A stretch of 62,754 nucleotides of DNA, counting the filler. It is 4 parts of 4 records of this genome, joined end to end, with 100 filler letters (N's around TTAATTAATTAA, not from the genome) between each part and the next. Parts side by side here need not be neighbours in the genome. Positions count along the whole stretch, not along the records: positions 29,554 to 50,570 come from SRR31156797_15629; positions 50,671 to 55,994 come from SRR31156797_15682; positions 56,095 to 62,754 come from SRR31156797_15688; 1 more part is not named here. One strand, 5' to 3'. Of this stretch, positions 49,224-58,632 are shown one piece after another. The position numbers were made by a program, and so were the translations under genes. Positions within the stretch are counted from its first letter, which is position 1; each line of letters starts with the position of its first letter. The notes beneath the pieces are model-generated. The model was not told where the DNA came from. It searched no databases and worked only from the letters and a program-made list of their open reading frames with translations.

Positions 49224-50361
49224 AAACAGGTAGTTTTATAATGCTGGTATAATCTCTTTCACTTTCTTTTATCTCCCAAATATATCGATCGCCATAATAT
49301 AAATCGAGTCTTCTGCGTGTGTTTTCTAAACCAATACCACAGCTTTCGGCTTTAGGTAAAGAGGCGTTTTCTTGTTTACAATTACTGGTACTGACCACCA
49401 GATATTCATCTTCAATAGTAATGCTCAAATTGATATAGCACGCTTTACCAATGGCAGCTCCATGTTTGAAGGCATTTTCTAAAATAGTTATAAACACAAA
49501 AGGAGGAATGGAAATTACAGGTATTTCTTCAGGGAAACTAAGTGTTACTTTTAAATCCTCAGAATACCTTAATTTCATAAGGGTGGTATAACTTTTTATA
49601 AACTCAACCTCTTTTAGCAAGGATGTTTTTTTGTCTTCTTTTTCGTAAAGCAGGTAGCGCAGCATATGCGATAGTTTTACAATAGAAGATTGAGCATCCG
49701 TAGGATCCAGTTCAACTAACGCGTGAATATTATTTAATGTATTCATTAAAAAATGCGGACTGATTTGATGTTTTAGAAAAGAAAGCTCAGCTTGCAATTT
49801 TTCTTCTGAGACTTGATGTCTTAGGCGTTCTTCCTGTATTAAGCGACCGGCTAGTTTAATACCTGTATTAAATCCCATCACCAAAACCGATAGCAACATA
49901 TTGTTTAAATAACGCACAAAATGTCCTTTTTGAATAGGAATAACTGCAGGTGGGCTTTGCAGTTGTTGTACATTTCTGGGTGGTCGACCTAAAGGACTTA
50001 AAGTACCTCCTGGTAAATCAGGCCTGTTGGGTGGCGGACCCAATGGAAGTCTCTCTGGATTGTTCACCAAATCGTGTATAAACATGGTAATTTTAGGGTG
50101 ACTGATAAATAAAATCAATAAGGCACTCAAGCCAAAGAACCAGATGTATTTCTTTTTAAATAAAAGATGAGGTGTAAACCAAATGTTATTAATTAAAAAG
50201 ATAGCAAAGAAAGGTGAAATGGCGATTAAATCATGCAGCACTTTTTTCCATTGCATGGTATCGTTGTTTTGCGATAGAAAGATGATGATCGCTAAAACGA
50301 ACAACCATAAAGTGGCATATAAAGAATTTTCTATGAGTATGTGACGTCTGCTTTTTTGCAT
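49213..50361 (-). CDS. LytS/YehU-type sensor histidine kinase
   Basis: N-terminal TM helices and a Pro-rich loop, LKHQISPHFLMNTLNNI, ENAFKHG, GIGLEN..RRL. Start is 50361 (ATG) or 50367. Confidence 0.92.
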   Translation of the reverse strand: MQKSRRHILIENSLYATLWLFVLAIIIFLSQNNDTMQWKKVLHDLIAISPFFAIFLINNIWFTPHLLFKKKYIWFFGLSALLILFISHPKITMFIHDLVNNPERLPLGPPPNRPDLPGGTLSPLGRPPRNVQQLQSPPAVIPIQKGHFVRYLNNMLLSVLVMGFNTGIKLAGRLIQEERLRHQVSEEKLQAELSFLKHQISPHFLMNTLNNIHALVELDPTDAQSSIVKLSHMLRYLLYEKEDKKTSLLKEVEFIKSYTTLMKLRYSEDLKVTLSFPEEIPVISIPPFVFITILENAFKHGAAIGKACYINLSITIEDEYLVVSTSNCKQENASLPKAESCGIGLENTRRRLDLYYGDRYIWEIKESERDYTSIIKLPVYDN

Positions 50362-50490
50362 ATTCAAGTTTTATTGTGGTGTGTTGCCGGGGTCAAAAAT
50401 AAATACTTTAGTAAGAACCTACTGTTTAGATGCATATTGTTTTTTGGTCAATTGCGTTTTAAATATTGTATCTAGTTTATCATTTATATA

Positions 50491-50554
50491 TTTTCTTTGC
50501 TCACTTTCTTTTATTAAGGAAAGAAAGTGAGTCGGGTTTGGGCGCTTCGCCCAA
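50491..50554. repeat. REP/MITE-like double hairpin at the contig end
   Basis: CTCACTTTCTT-10nt-AAGAAAGTGAG followed by TTGGGCG-ctt-CGCCCAA. Confidence 0.45.
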
Positions 50555-50570
50555 TGTCATTAAGATAAGG

Positions 50571-50670
50571 NNNNNNNNNNNNNNNNNNNNNNNNNNNNNN
50601 NNNNNNNNNNNNNNTTAATTAATTAANNNNNNNNNNNNNNNNNNNNNNNNNNNNNNNNNNNNNNNNNNNN
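50571..50670. other. Artificial contig linker
   Basis: 44 N + TTAATTAATTAA + 44 N, with an abrupt GC rise afterwards. Confidence 0.98.
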
Positions 50671-50729
50671 TCCCCGTCAAGGTAAGCGGAAAGAAGTTCA
50701 TCCAGTTGTCCGGAATCGTAGTCAGTCAC
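50671..50729 (-). CDS. Anti-sigma factor, N-terminal fragment truncated by the linker
   Basis: GTG start 2 nt after the sigma stop: MTDYDSGQLDELLSAYLDG, the typical zf-HC2/anti-sigma N-terminus. Confidence 0.7.
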
Positions 50730-50731
50730 AT

Positions 50732-51337
50732 TCAGCCTCCACCGGAATCGATCAGGTCGCCAAGGGAATCCCGAAGCTTTGCCCGTGCCCTGGAAATCCG
50801 TGATTTCACTGTTCCCTGATCGAGTTCCAGGATTTCTCCGATCGCTGCATAATCAAACCCTTCCACATCGCGCAAGACAATCACTGCCCGATACTGTTCC
50901 GGAAGCTGGTGCAATGCCGAGACGAGCCGGCTTTTGATTTCCCCGGTTTCCATTCTACCGGACGGTTTTGCGGATGTGCCATCTTCCAGTCTCGCACCGA
51001 GAGGTTTTCCGGCAGGATCCGGATGATCAAGGGACACCGCCATGCGGTGTGTCGCCTTGCGTTCGTGAGACAGTGCGAGATTCATCGTGATTCGGAAGAT
51101 CCACGTATAAAACGAACTTTTCGAGCGGAAGGACCGCAATCCTTTCATCGCCCTGATGAACGCTTCCTGCGTAATGTCCTGTGCGTCTTCCAGATTGCCA
51201 CACACCCGCCATGCGGTGTTGAACACCCGATCCTGGTACTTCAGTACAAGTCTTGAAAAAGCGTCAGGATCCCCTCCCTGAGCTTTGCGTACCAAGGCAG
51301 AGTCTTCAAACTGGATCGGTGCAGGCGACGCTTCCAC
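50732..51337 (-). CDS. ECF sigma factor (RpoE/SigW-like)
   Basis: D..LV..AQ.GD..AF..LV.KYQ, DAQDITQEAF, FYTWIFRI..N, LP...R....LRD.EG..Y..I...L....GTVKSRI. Start set to GTG 51337, which has a GGAG SD. Confidence 0.9.
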   Translation of the reverse strand: MEASPAPIQFEDSALVRKAQGGDPDAFSRLVLKYQDRVFNTAWRVCGNLEDAQDITQEAFIRAMKGLRSFRSKSSFYTWIFRITMNLALSHERKATHRMAVSLDHPDPAGKPLGARLEDGTSAKPSGRMETGEIKSRLVSALHQLPEQYRAVIVLRDVEGFDYAAIGEILELDQGTVKSRISRARAKLRDSLGDLIDSGGG

Positions 51338-51360
51338 AAACGTCTCCAGGTTCTCTTTTC

Positions 51361-51388
51361 TTTGACGCATGAGATGCTTCGAGGTTCC
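51361..51388 (-). promoter_or_regulatory. ECF (sigmaE-type) autoregulatory promoter
   Basis: Minus strand reads GGAACCT-N16-TCAAA, compared with GAACTT-N16-TCAAA. Confidence 0.6.
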
Positions 51389-51686
51389 CACGAACCTCCC
51401 CGATTCTTCTCGACATGCCTGATCATCCGACATTTTTCGGAACAGGCATTCCCAATCCCCTTATTCGGGTCGTCCGATATTGTCCCTCCTGCAGCAACGG
51501 GGTCAAGAACAAGTTGAGATTATCGCTGCAGTGCTGTTTTGAGAATTATGGGTCACTGGATGCGAATTTCACTGACTCTTTAATCGTATGACGCACCGAT
51601 TATGACGATGATATCAGCGTTACCGACATTGGGTGTTCATTACCCCTGTTGGGTAAGTCGGTCCATACGAATTTCTTCGGCTTTTT

Positions 51687-51713
51687 CTAACAAGGGCGGT
51701 TAGTTGCCGATCT
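51687..51713 (+). promoter_or_regulatory. Possible sigma-28 promoter of the hybrid kinase
   Basis: CTAA-N15-GCCGATCT against TAAA-N15-GCCGATAA; the -35 match is weak. Confidence 0.25.
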
Positions 51714-51755
51714 AAACGAAACAGGAACAATTATTGAGTCAGGTCCAGTAGTCAC

Positions 51756-54700
51756 ATGACGATCGTTCGGAAAAATTCGATACTCCTGATCCTCGTAGGG
51801 TTGCTTCCGATCCTGGCGTCTGTCGTGATTCATCATTCCACGATCGAGCAGTCAGCAGAGCAGTCTGTATCCGAATCGGTTACACAGGTATCGTCACAGC
51901 TTGCTCTGATGACCGCTCAACATCTTCATGATGGCACATCATTTCTACGCGTCCTGTCCCACAATCCCGTGATCCAACAGCCGGATTCGTCGATTGCGGA
52001 TGTGCAGTCCGAGATTCAGAAAGTGTTCCATCTCCAGAACGTGTTCGATAATGTCGGGTACTTCGATTCTGACCAGACACATACAGCCATGGTCAATAAT
52101 CTCGCCCCGGAGAACTGGGCGTATTCGGAATGGTACCTTGCAGCGATCAAGAACGAGCCAAACTGGAGCCAGGTATCCACTTCAGGCTCGGCGGATGAAA
52201 CAGTCATCATTTACGCATACCCGGTCCAGGACGATAATGGCAACACCAGGGGTGTCCTTGCAGGCCGCGTGCTGCTGGATCACATGTGGTCCGGCTTACA
52301 GGCTTCGGTGAAATCTTCTTCTGAAATCTACCTGTTGAATCAGAAAGGTTTTATCCTTGACGATTCGCACACTATTGCGATAGAAGAAACCTATCCGGCT
52401 CATCTATTGACACAATCCGTGATCAGTCGAAAAACCGGCATTCTCGATAGTGCCGAGCACGGGAACGACATCGTGGCCAGTGTTGCCCCCCTTCCCAGAA
52501 ACACGTTTTTCTCCAATCTGCCTCGCTGGTCTGTGCTCGTGGCCCAGTCGACAGATGAGGCATATTTCAGAGCCGGGCTTCAGAAGCAGATCCTTTACGT
52601 CGCGTCTGCCGTCTTTCTCACGTTCACGATACTCGCATCCATTTATGCAGGAAGGTGGTTCCACCGGCGAATCGGAACACTGATTGAAGCAACCCGGATG
52701 CTCGGCAGCGGCGACCTGAATGTCCGCATTCCAGATGAACACCTGGATGAACTCGGAACACTCGGTCGACAATTCAATGCCATGGCGGACCAGATCCAGG
52801 AATTGTATGACTCTTTTTCGCAACAGGTATTGCATATCCGCCAGTTGATCGATTCTTCGATCAACCCGATTATCCTGTTGAGTAACGACAATCGCATTCA
52901 GATGGTCAATGCTGCGTTTCTGCAGATGCTCGGGATCGACTCCAATGTTCTTGGATGGCCCATCGACTCGTTTATTCCGACTGATTCGGGAGTGTACGAT
53001 TCGACTACAGGCGAAAGAATCGTCCTGAACAAGGAATACTTCGAAGAGTACGAGCAGAAAGTCGAGGAATTATCCCAGACGGATAAGCTTTCTCACTGGG
53101 AAGCCTGGTACCTGGATTCGAAAGGTCGTCTTGTTCCGGTGATCCAGAATGTCGTCCAGGTTCATGACGCCAATGGAGAACCACACGGTCAGTTTGCGAT
53201 GATCCGCGACGTCACGCTGGAAAGGCGTCACGAATCAGAAATCATCGAATACCGCGATCACCTGGAACAGCAGGTCGAATCGCGAACCCAGGCCCTGGAA
53301 GAAGCGAACCGCGAACTGATGGATCGGTTTGAAGAGCTGAACCGCACGCAGGAACAGCTCAAACGGGCGACCAAGGATGCAGAATCGGCAAACGCCGCCA
53401 AGAGCGCCTTCCTGGCCACCATGAGTCACGAAATCCGAACGCCTCTTAACGGCATCATCGGCATGACGGAACTGGCGTTCGACTCTGAACTGAGTTATGA
53501 GCAGCGTTCGATTTTTGAAACCATACGCGTTGAATCAAACGCTCTGCTGACCATCGTAAGCGACATCCTGGATTTCTCAAAGATCGAAGCCGGCAAAATC
53601 GATATGGAATCGATTCCGTTTGATGTCGGGATTCTCCTCGATGAGGTCGTGGCGGAGTTCTCGCATCGCGCCGAAGAGAAGCATCTTGAACTGTTCGAGT
53701 TCATCCCGCCCGAAATTCAGACCGGCGCGGTTGGTGACCCGAATCGTCTGAAGCAGGTTCTTCGCAATCTGATCGGTAACGCAGTAAAGTTTACGAACGA
53801 GGGATTCGTCTCAGTTTGTGCCCGTCAGTTGAAATCCGACGATCCTTCCCGTCTGCATATTGGATTCGAGATCAAGGATACAGGAGTTGGCATTCCCCCG
53901 GATAAACTATCATCGATTTTCGATCGGTTCACACAGGCAGACGGCTCGACCACACGACAGTTCGGCGGAACCGGACTGGGCACCTCCATCGCCAGACAAC
54001 TTGTCGAACTGATGGGCGGAAAAATCCAGGTGGAAAGTACTGTCGGAGAAGGATCGATCTTCTCCTTCCATGTTGATCTTGAAGCCTGCGAAGCTTTGAC
54101 TATGACGCAGCCATCGCTTTCCGACTCGTACCGGGTTCTGGCGATCGAAGACAACGAGATTGGTCGGGCTATTCTCGACTCCTACCTCCAATCCTGGGGA
54201 TGCGAAACAACCCTCGTACCCAGTGGAGGGCAGGGGCTTGCATCATTCCGAAACGCGATCGACCAGCAGAAACCTTACGACCTCGTGCTCTGCGATGACC
54301 ATCTTCCCGACATGGAAGGTGTGGACCTGATATCGCGCATGCGGCAGATGAACAGCGATTCGGATGTTCCGGTGCTTCTCATGTCCGGCAGCACGCGCAT
54401 GCTGGATGAATCCGATCGAAGGCGACTGGGAATCCGGTTCGCGTTGCACAAGCCTATCAAACAGAACGAGTTGTTTACCTCGGTAAATGCCTCGTTGAAC
54501 CAGCCGAAAAATGTTGAAGAGCCTATCCTTCCCGTCGTCAATACGTCGAATGTACCCCAGATCGGAGAAGGGCGTCGTGTCCTGCTTGTTGAAGACTACC
54601 CGACCAACCAGAAAGTCGGAAAACAATACCTTGACAAGGTAGGCTTTGAAATCGACATTGCCATGGATGGTCGGCAAGCCGTTCAGGCGTTCCAGGATCG

Positions 54701-55433
54701 CCAGTATGACCTGATCCTGATGGATATCCAGATGCCCGTCATGGATGGGTACGAGGCAACCCGCATGATCCGTGCGTTGGAAAAAGATTCCTCAGACAGT
54801 AACGAACCAACTCCCCGCATTCCGATCATCGCCATGACGGCTCATGCCACCCAGGAATACCTGGAGCAGTGCATCCATGCAGGGATGGACGACTACCTGA
54901 CCAAACCGCTGAAGCGGGAAACCCTGATCAGCACCCTGGAAAACTGGATTTCGGGCCAGGCCGTTTCACGACAGCCAGTCGAGAAAAAACAGGTGGAGCC
55001 GAACCTCTCCACCGTTCTCGAAAAGGATGCCCCCATCGATCTGAACGAGGCGTTAAATGAGTTCCTCGGAGATCGCGATCTACTTAGTGAAGTGATCGAC
55101 GAGTTCCTGAAAACGGTGGATGGTCAGGTGAAAACATTATCCGATGCCATCGGCACTGGAGACTCAGATACGGTTGCCAAGGAAGCACATGCCATCAAAG
55201 GGGGAGCGTCCAACCTGGTCGCATTCGACCTGTCGGCTGCTGCACGAGATCTTGAAGAAATTGGAAAGAGCGGAAATCTCAATGAAGGAGAGCAATGCCT
55301 GGAACACTTGAAACAGGAATTCGAAAGCCTCGAGTCCTATGTCAAACAATGGCTGGAAAAAGGATCAACTGGGATTACAATTGATCTTGAAGGAAGTCGC
55401 GAAGAGCCGTTATCCAGGATCGAAGAGTTTTAA
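51756..55433 (+). CDS. Hybrid sensor kinase: Cache-like, HAMP, PAS, HisKA, HATPase, 2xREC, HPt
   Basis: Two TM helices, [44 protein letters not shown], two receivers, AHAIKGGA. Confidence 0.94.
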   Translation: MTIVRKNSILLILVGLLPILASVVIHHSTIEQSAEQSVSESVTQVSSQLALMTAQHLHDGTSFLRVLSHNPVIQQPDSSIADVQSEIQKVFHLQNVFDNVGYFDSDQTHTAMVNNLAPENWAYSEWYLAAIKNEPNWSQVSTSGSADETVIIYAYPVQDDNGNTRGVLAGRVLLDHMWSGLQASVKSSSEIYLLNQKGFILDDSHTIAIEETYPAHLLTQSVISRKTGILDSAEHGNDIVASVAPLPRNTFFSNLPRWSVLVAQSTDEAYFRAGLQKQILYVASAVFLTFTILASIYAGRWFHRRIGTLIEATRMLGSGDLNVRIPDEHLDELGTLGRQFNAMADQIQELYDSFSQQVLHIRQLIDSSINPIILLSNDNRIQMVNAAFLQMLGIDSNVLGWPIDSFIPTDSGVYDSTTGERIVLNKEYFEEYEQKVEELSQTDKLSHWEAWYLDSKGRLVPVIQNVVQVHDANGEPHGQFAMIRDVTLERRHESEIIEYRDHLEQQVESRTQALEEANRELMDRFEELNRTQEQLKRATKDAESANAAKSAFLATMSHEIRTPLNGIIGMTELAFDSELSYEQRSIFETIRVESNALLTIVSDILDFSKIEAGKIDMESIPFDVGILLDEVVAEFSHRAEEKHLELFEFIPPEIQTGAVGDPNRLKQVLRNLIGNAVKFTNEGFVSVCARQLKSDDPSRLHIGFEIKDTGVGIPPDKLSSIFDRFTQADGSTTRQFGGTGLGTSIARQLVELMGGKIQVESTVGEGSIFSFHVDLEACEALTMTQPSLSDSYRVLAIEDNEIGRAILDSYLQSWGCETTLVPSGGQGLASFRNAIDQQKPYDLVLCDDHLPDMEGVDLISRMRQMNSDSDVPVLLMSGSTRMLDESDRRRLGIRFALHKPIKQNELFTSVNASLNQPKNVEEPILPVVNTSNVPQIGEGRRVLLVEDYPTNQKVGKQYLDKVGFEIDIAMDGRQAVQAFQDRQYDLILMDIQMPVMDGYEATRMIRALEKDSSDSNEPTPRIPIIAMTAHATQEYLEQCIHAGMDDYLTKPLKRETLISTLENWISGQAVSRQPVEKKQVEPNLSTVLEKDAPIDLNEALNEFLGDRDLLSEVIDEFLKTVDGQVKTLSDAIGTGDSDTVAKEAHAIKGGASNLVAFDLSAAARDLEEIGKSGNLNEGEQCLEHLKQEFESLESYVKQWLEKGSTGITIDLEGSREEPLSRIEEF

Positions 55434-55469
55434 CCTGCTGCCAGGAGGCCAGTCATGGGAACGCGTGGT

Positions 55470-55901
55470 ATGTTGCATATTCTGATCGTTGACGACGAAC
55501 TCGTCAGCCGGAAGAAGATGCATAAAATCATGGAAGACTTCGGCCATTGCGATGTTGCTGAAAATGCACAGGAAGCGATTCGTCTCTTCCAGAGCTCTCT
55601 GCTGAATGATAATCCATACAACCTGGTTCTGCTCGACATTTCCATGCCTGACATGGAAGGGACCGAAGGGTTGATGAAAATGAGGAAGATCGAGAAGAAG
55701 TGGGGCAAAGCCGGACTCCCTACCGCCAAGATCATCATGGTGACGTCCCATTCGGATAAAGACAGCATCTACGCGAGCATTACGGCCGGTTGCGACGAGT
55801 TCGTCGTCAAACCCTTTACGCCACAAACCATGTTTGACAAGCTGCAGAAGCTGAAAATCCCGGGAATCATGATTCCAAGCGAGCAGGATGCTGCGAACTG
55901 A
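55470..55901 (+). CDS. Single-domain response regulator (CheY-like)
   Basis: ILIVDD, LLDISMP, IMVT, KPF. Start is 55455 or 55470. Confidence 0.9.
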   Translation: MLHILIVDDELVSRKKMHKIMEDFGHCDVAENAQEAIRLFQSSLLNDNPYNLVLLDISMPDMEGTEGLMKMRKIEKKWGKAGLPTAKIIMVTSHSDKDSIYASITAGCDEFVVKPFTPQTMFDKLQKLKIPGIMIPSEQDAAN

Positions 55902-55925
55902 TTTTGTTACTCCAGAAGAGATTGC

Positions 55926-55964
55926 GAAACAACCCTCCGCTCTTTCAAGCGAAGGGTTGTTTTC
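55926..55964 (+). terminator. Intrinsic terminator
   Basis: AAACAACCCTCCGC...GCGAAGGGTTGTTT followed by a T-rich tail. Confidence 0.65.
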
Positions 55965-55994
55965 ATTTCAACTTTCAGATCGGTTCTGTAGATC

Positions 55995-56094
55995 NNNNNN
56001 NNNNNNNNNNNNNNNNNNNNNNNNNNNNNNNNNNNNNNTTAATTAATTAANNNNNNNNNNNNNNNNNNNNNNNNNNNNNNNNNNNNNNNNNNNN
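55995..56094. other. Artificial contig linker
   Basis: 44 N + TTAATTAATTAA + 44 N, with a further GC rise afterwards. Confidence 0.98.
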
Positions 56095-56095
56095 G

Positions 56096-56287
56096 CCCAG
56101 GGGCGTCTTCGGCATCTGCTCGCCGCGTCGGCCCAATCCCATCGGCCTTTCGGTGGTCGAGGTTTTGGAAGTGGAGGGCGGTCGCATCCGGGTGCGTGGC
56201 CTCGATATGATGGACGGCACGCCCATCCTCGACATCAAACCGTACATCGAGAGCCCTGAGGGCCAACAAACGGGGATGGAGCAATGA
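56096..56287 (+). CDS. tsaA: TsaA/TrmO-family SAM-binding protein, C-terminal fragment
   Basis: Not in the ORF track. Manual translation: PRGVFGICSPRRPNPIGLSVV...GLDMMDGTPILDIKPY...*; ATGA overlap with the cupin gene. Confidence 0.8.
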   Translation, partial: PRGVFGICSPRRPNPIGLSVVEVLEVEGGRIRVRGLDMMDGTPILDIKPYIESPEGQQTGMEQ

Positions 56288-56679
56288 CCGATTTCGAAAC
56301 CAGACGACTTCCCACCACGCCGGACGTCGCGGCGCCGGACGGCTCCGACGTGCGTATTCTGGCAGGCCTCGAAGGCGGAGCCATGGCCCATTTCGAACTG
56401 GCTCCGGGCAGGGCCAGTCGCGCCATCGCTCATCGCACGGTCGAGGAGATCTGGTACATCGTCGGTGGCCGCGGCGAAATGTGGCGCCGCCAGGGTATAC
56501 GTGAAGAGGTAACGGTACTGGAACCGGGGCTCTGCCTGACCATTCCCGTCGGCACGGCATTTCAGTTCCGCGCACATGAAGGCGCCGAACCGCTAACCGC
56601 CGTCGCTATCACCATGCCGCCCTGGCCAGGCGACGACGAGGCCCAATTCGTCGACGGCAAGTGGCCGGCGACGGTCTGA
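56284..56679 (+). CDS. Cupin domain protein
   Basis: APDGS.VR.L, AHRTVEEIWY...GRG.MW, IPVGT.FQFR, TMPPWPG..EA. Confidence 0.85.
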   Translation: MTDFETRRLPTTPDVAAPDGSDVRILAGLEGGAMAHFELAPGRASRAIAHRTVEEIWYIVGGRGEMWRRQGIREEVTVLEPGLCLTIPVGTAFQFRAHEGAEPLTAVAITMPPWPGDDEAQFVDGKWPATV

Positions 56680-56718
56680 CCGCTTACATTTTTGAACAAA
56701 CCACGCTTGCTGGCGTTC

Positions 56719-57117
56719 TCAGTCGAGGACGGCGATGGCATCGATCTCGAACAGCATGCCGTCCTCGGCCAGACGCGGCACCGGCACCAGGGTATGCGGC
56801 GGCGGCGTTTCGCCGAACATGGCTTTGACGTGTCGGGCCAGAATCCCCAGCTTGGTCTCATCGTGATCGACGATGTAGGAGTTCACCTTGGCCACCTGCT
56901 CCGGCCGGGCGCCGGCGGCCTCGAGCGCCACCGCCAGATTGGCGAAAGCCTGTTCCACCTGCCCTTCGAAATCGGCCGCCATGTTGCCGGATAGCGTTCC
57001 GCCTCCCTGTCCCGCGATGAAGGCGAAAGACGCACCGCCGGTGGCGATCGCGATGTGGCTGTATCCGTTCGGCGTCGGGTCGGAGAGGCCGTCCGGGTTG
57101 ATGATGCGTAAATTCAA
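56719..57117 (-). CDS. Rid (YjgF/YER057c/UK114) family protein
   Basis: GYSH, IAGQ, Q..QAF.NL...L.AAGA, FEIDAIAV. PPHT replaces PAR, so the catalytic Arg of true RidA is absent. Confidence 0.88.
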   Translation of the reverse strand: MNLRIINPDGLSDPTPNGYSHIAIATGGASFAFIAGQGGGTLSGNMAADFEGQVEQAFANLAVALEAAGARPEQVAKVNSYIVDHDETKLGILARHVKAMFGETPPPHTLVPVPRLAEDGMLFEIDAIAVLD

Positions 57118-57152
57118 GGTGTCCTCCCACGAGTTCGCATTGACGGATTGGT

Positions 57153-57776
57153 CTATGGCTGGTCGCTGGGCATCGAGAGGATTTCAAGGGCGCCGACGAA
57201 CATGATCAGCGTATCACAATCGCAACCGCAACCGCCGCCTTCCGGTTCCGGCAGGAATTCGCTCATGAAATTGGCCGGCACGGTTTCGCTGGCCAGGAAG
57301 GGGCTGCCGAGTTGCCTCACGGAAACCTGGAACCTGGCTTTTTCGGCGCCGTTTTGCCGGAGCGGCTGCGCCATGACGACCTGGACCTGGCTGATGTGTC
57401 CGTCCGGCTCCCAATTCAAAACCTGGGCCAGGTGATAAACCCCGTTTTCGGTGACGATATCCGCCGGATCGCTGACCGATACGATGGCCAGGTGTCCATC
57501 GTTTCCGGTGACCATCCGCCAGGTTGTTTCAAATTCCGCCTCGGTGATTTCGACGGGTTCGAATTCCTGCCCGGATGCGATTTCGGAAAGCGACGGAACC
57601 GGTTCGATACCCAGCCGGGTCGATCCGCAGGAATCCTTTGATGAAGCATAACCGGGCAGGCCGCTGGGGAAGATTTCGATCCTGCGTACTTCCGTTCGCG
57701 CATCGTCAAGTTCGCTGTAAAGCAAAACAGGCGTGTCAGGATGAATTTGATCACGGGGAGTCTTCAGGTAGGGCAT
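57153..57776 (-). CDS. DUF6881-like protein with unknown C-terminal extension
   Basis: PVLLYSELD..R.E.R.IE.F..G..GYAS...T.LG..PVP.L.EIA...EF.P.EI...EFE..W; GGAG SD upstream. Confidence 0.65.
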   Translation of the reverse strand: MPYLKTPRDQIHPDTPVLLYSELDDARTEVRRIEIFPSGLPGYASSKDSCGSTRLGIEPVPSLSEIASGQEFEPVEITEAEFETTWRMVTGNDGHLAIVSVSDPADIVTENGVYHLAQVLNWEPDGHISQVQVVMAQPLRQNGAEKARFQVSVRQLGSPFLASETVPANFMSEFLPEPEGGGCGCDCDTLIMFVGALEILSMPSDQP

Positions 57777-57892
57777 TTGTCACCAAATCTGGTTCAGTCG
57801 GACCGTCTGCCACGGCAAGACGACCAGTCTCCCCACCTCCAGTTGCAGTTTGCCAGAATATTTAAACGAAAGCTATGAAAGAGGCAGGGGAC

Positions 57893-58543
57893 CTACCGGC
57901 TCACATAAATGGTCCATTCGGCCAGCGGATAGTCGCGGTTGACGGTGACGTCGGATGACAGTTCGGATGTGCAGAAATCGAGGAACAATTTCCAGTCGGC
58001 GTAATACAGATCGCTTTCCTTGCGGTTCTTGGTGGTGCTGCACAGCATGTTGAACGCCAGCCCTTTGCGGGTCTTGGACCAAAGATCGACCAGGCTTTCC
58101 TCGATATAGGCCGTCCAGTCGCGGTCCGTTTCGTCCAGCTTCATGTTGTAGGTGCCGGAAACGAAGCTGTAATCGGCGACATGGGTGGCCATCAGGCTTT
58201 CCACGAAATGAGCGCGCGGGTCTTTGATTCGCTGCCGCGATTTCAAAATCATCTGTTCCGAGATATCGTAGCCGAAATAGGTGCTGTCCCGCATCATCGG
58301 CTGTTCGACAAGAAAGTCGAAAAAGGCGCCGTAGCCGCAGCCGAAGTCGTTGATGGTGATACTACCTTTGTCGTCGGCCAGTTCGACAACGCCGAGCAAA
58401 ACGTTCCAGCGTAGTTGTTGCCCAGACTCGTCTCGCCAATAGACGCCGCGTGCCGTCGCTCCGCATTCACGCAGCCGCATATCGTAAAGAATGGCCAGCG
58501 GTGCTAGCAGGCGGGCCTGGCGGTTCTGGGTTTCGGGATCCAT
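57893..58543 (-). CDS. Class I SAM-dependent methyltransferase
   Basis: G....GV.W.....Q..R, INDFGCGYG, Y.GYDIS..M, DY...SGTYN, GLAFNML, DYPL.EW. Start set to ATG 58543. Confidence 0.85.
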   Translation of the reverse strand: MDPETQNRQARLLAPLAILYDMRLRECGATARGVYWRDESGQQLRWNVLLGVVELADDKGSITINDFGCGYGAFFDFLVEQPMMRDSTYFGYDISEQMILKSRQRIKDPRAHFVESLMATHVADYSFVSGTYNMKLDETDRDWTAYIEESLVDLWSKTRKGLAFNMLCSTTKNRKESDLYYADWKLFLDFCTSELSSDVTVNRDYPLAEWTIYVSR

Positions 58544-58632
58544 ACGAAAATCTCCGGCTTTCAGGTCAGTGGGCCAAAGGATACGCCCTTTGCACGGCGT
58601 CGAGAACCATTTCGATTGGCTCGGAAAATGCT

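Noticed and set aside
50909..55826. Many overlapping short ORFs in fragment 3
   Set aside because: Alternative-frame or antisense shadows of the sigma, kinase and receiver genes.
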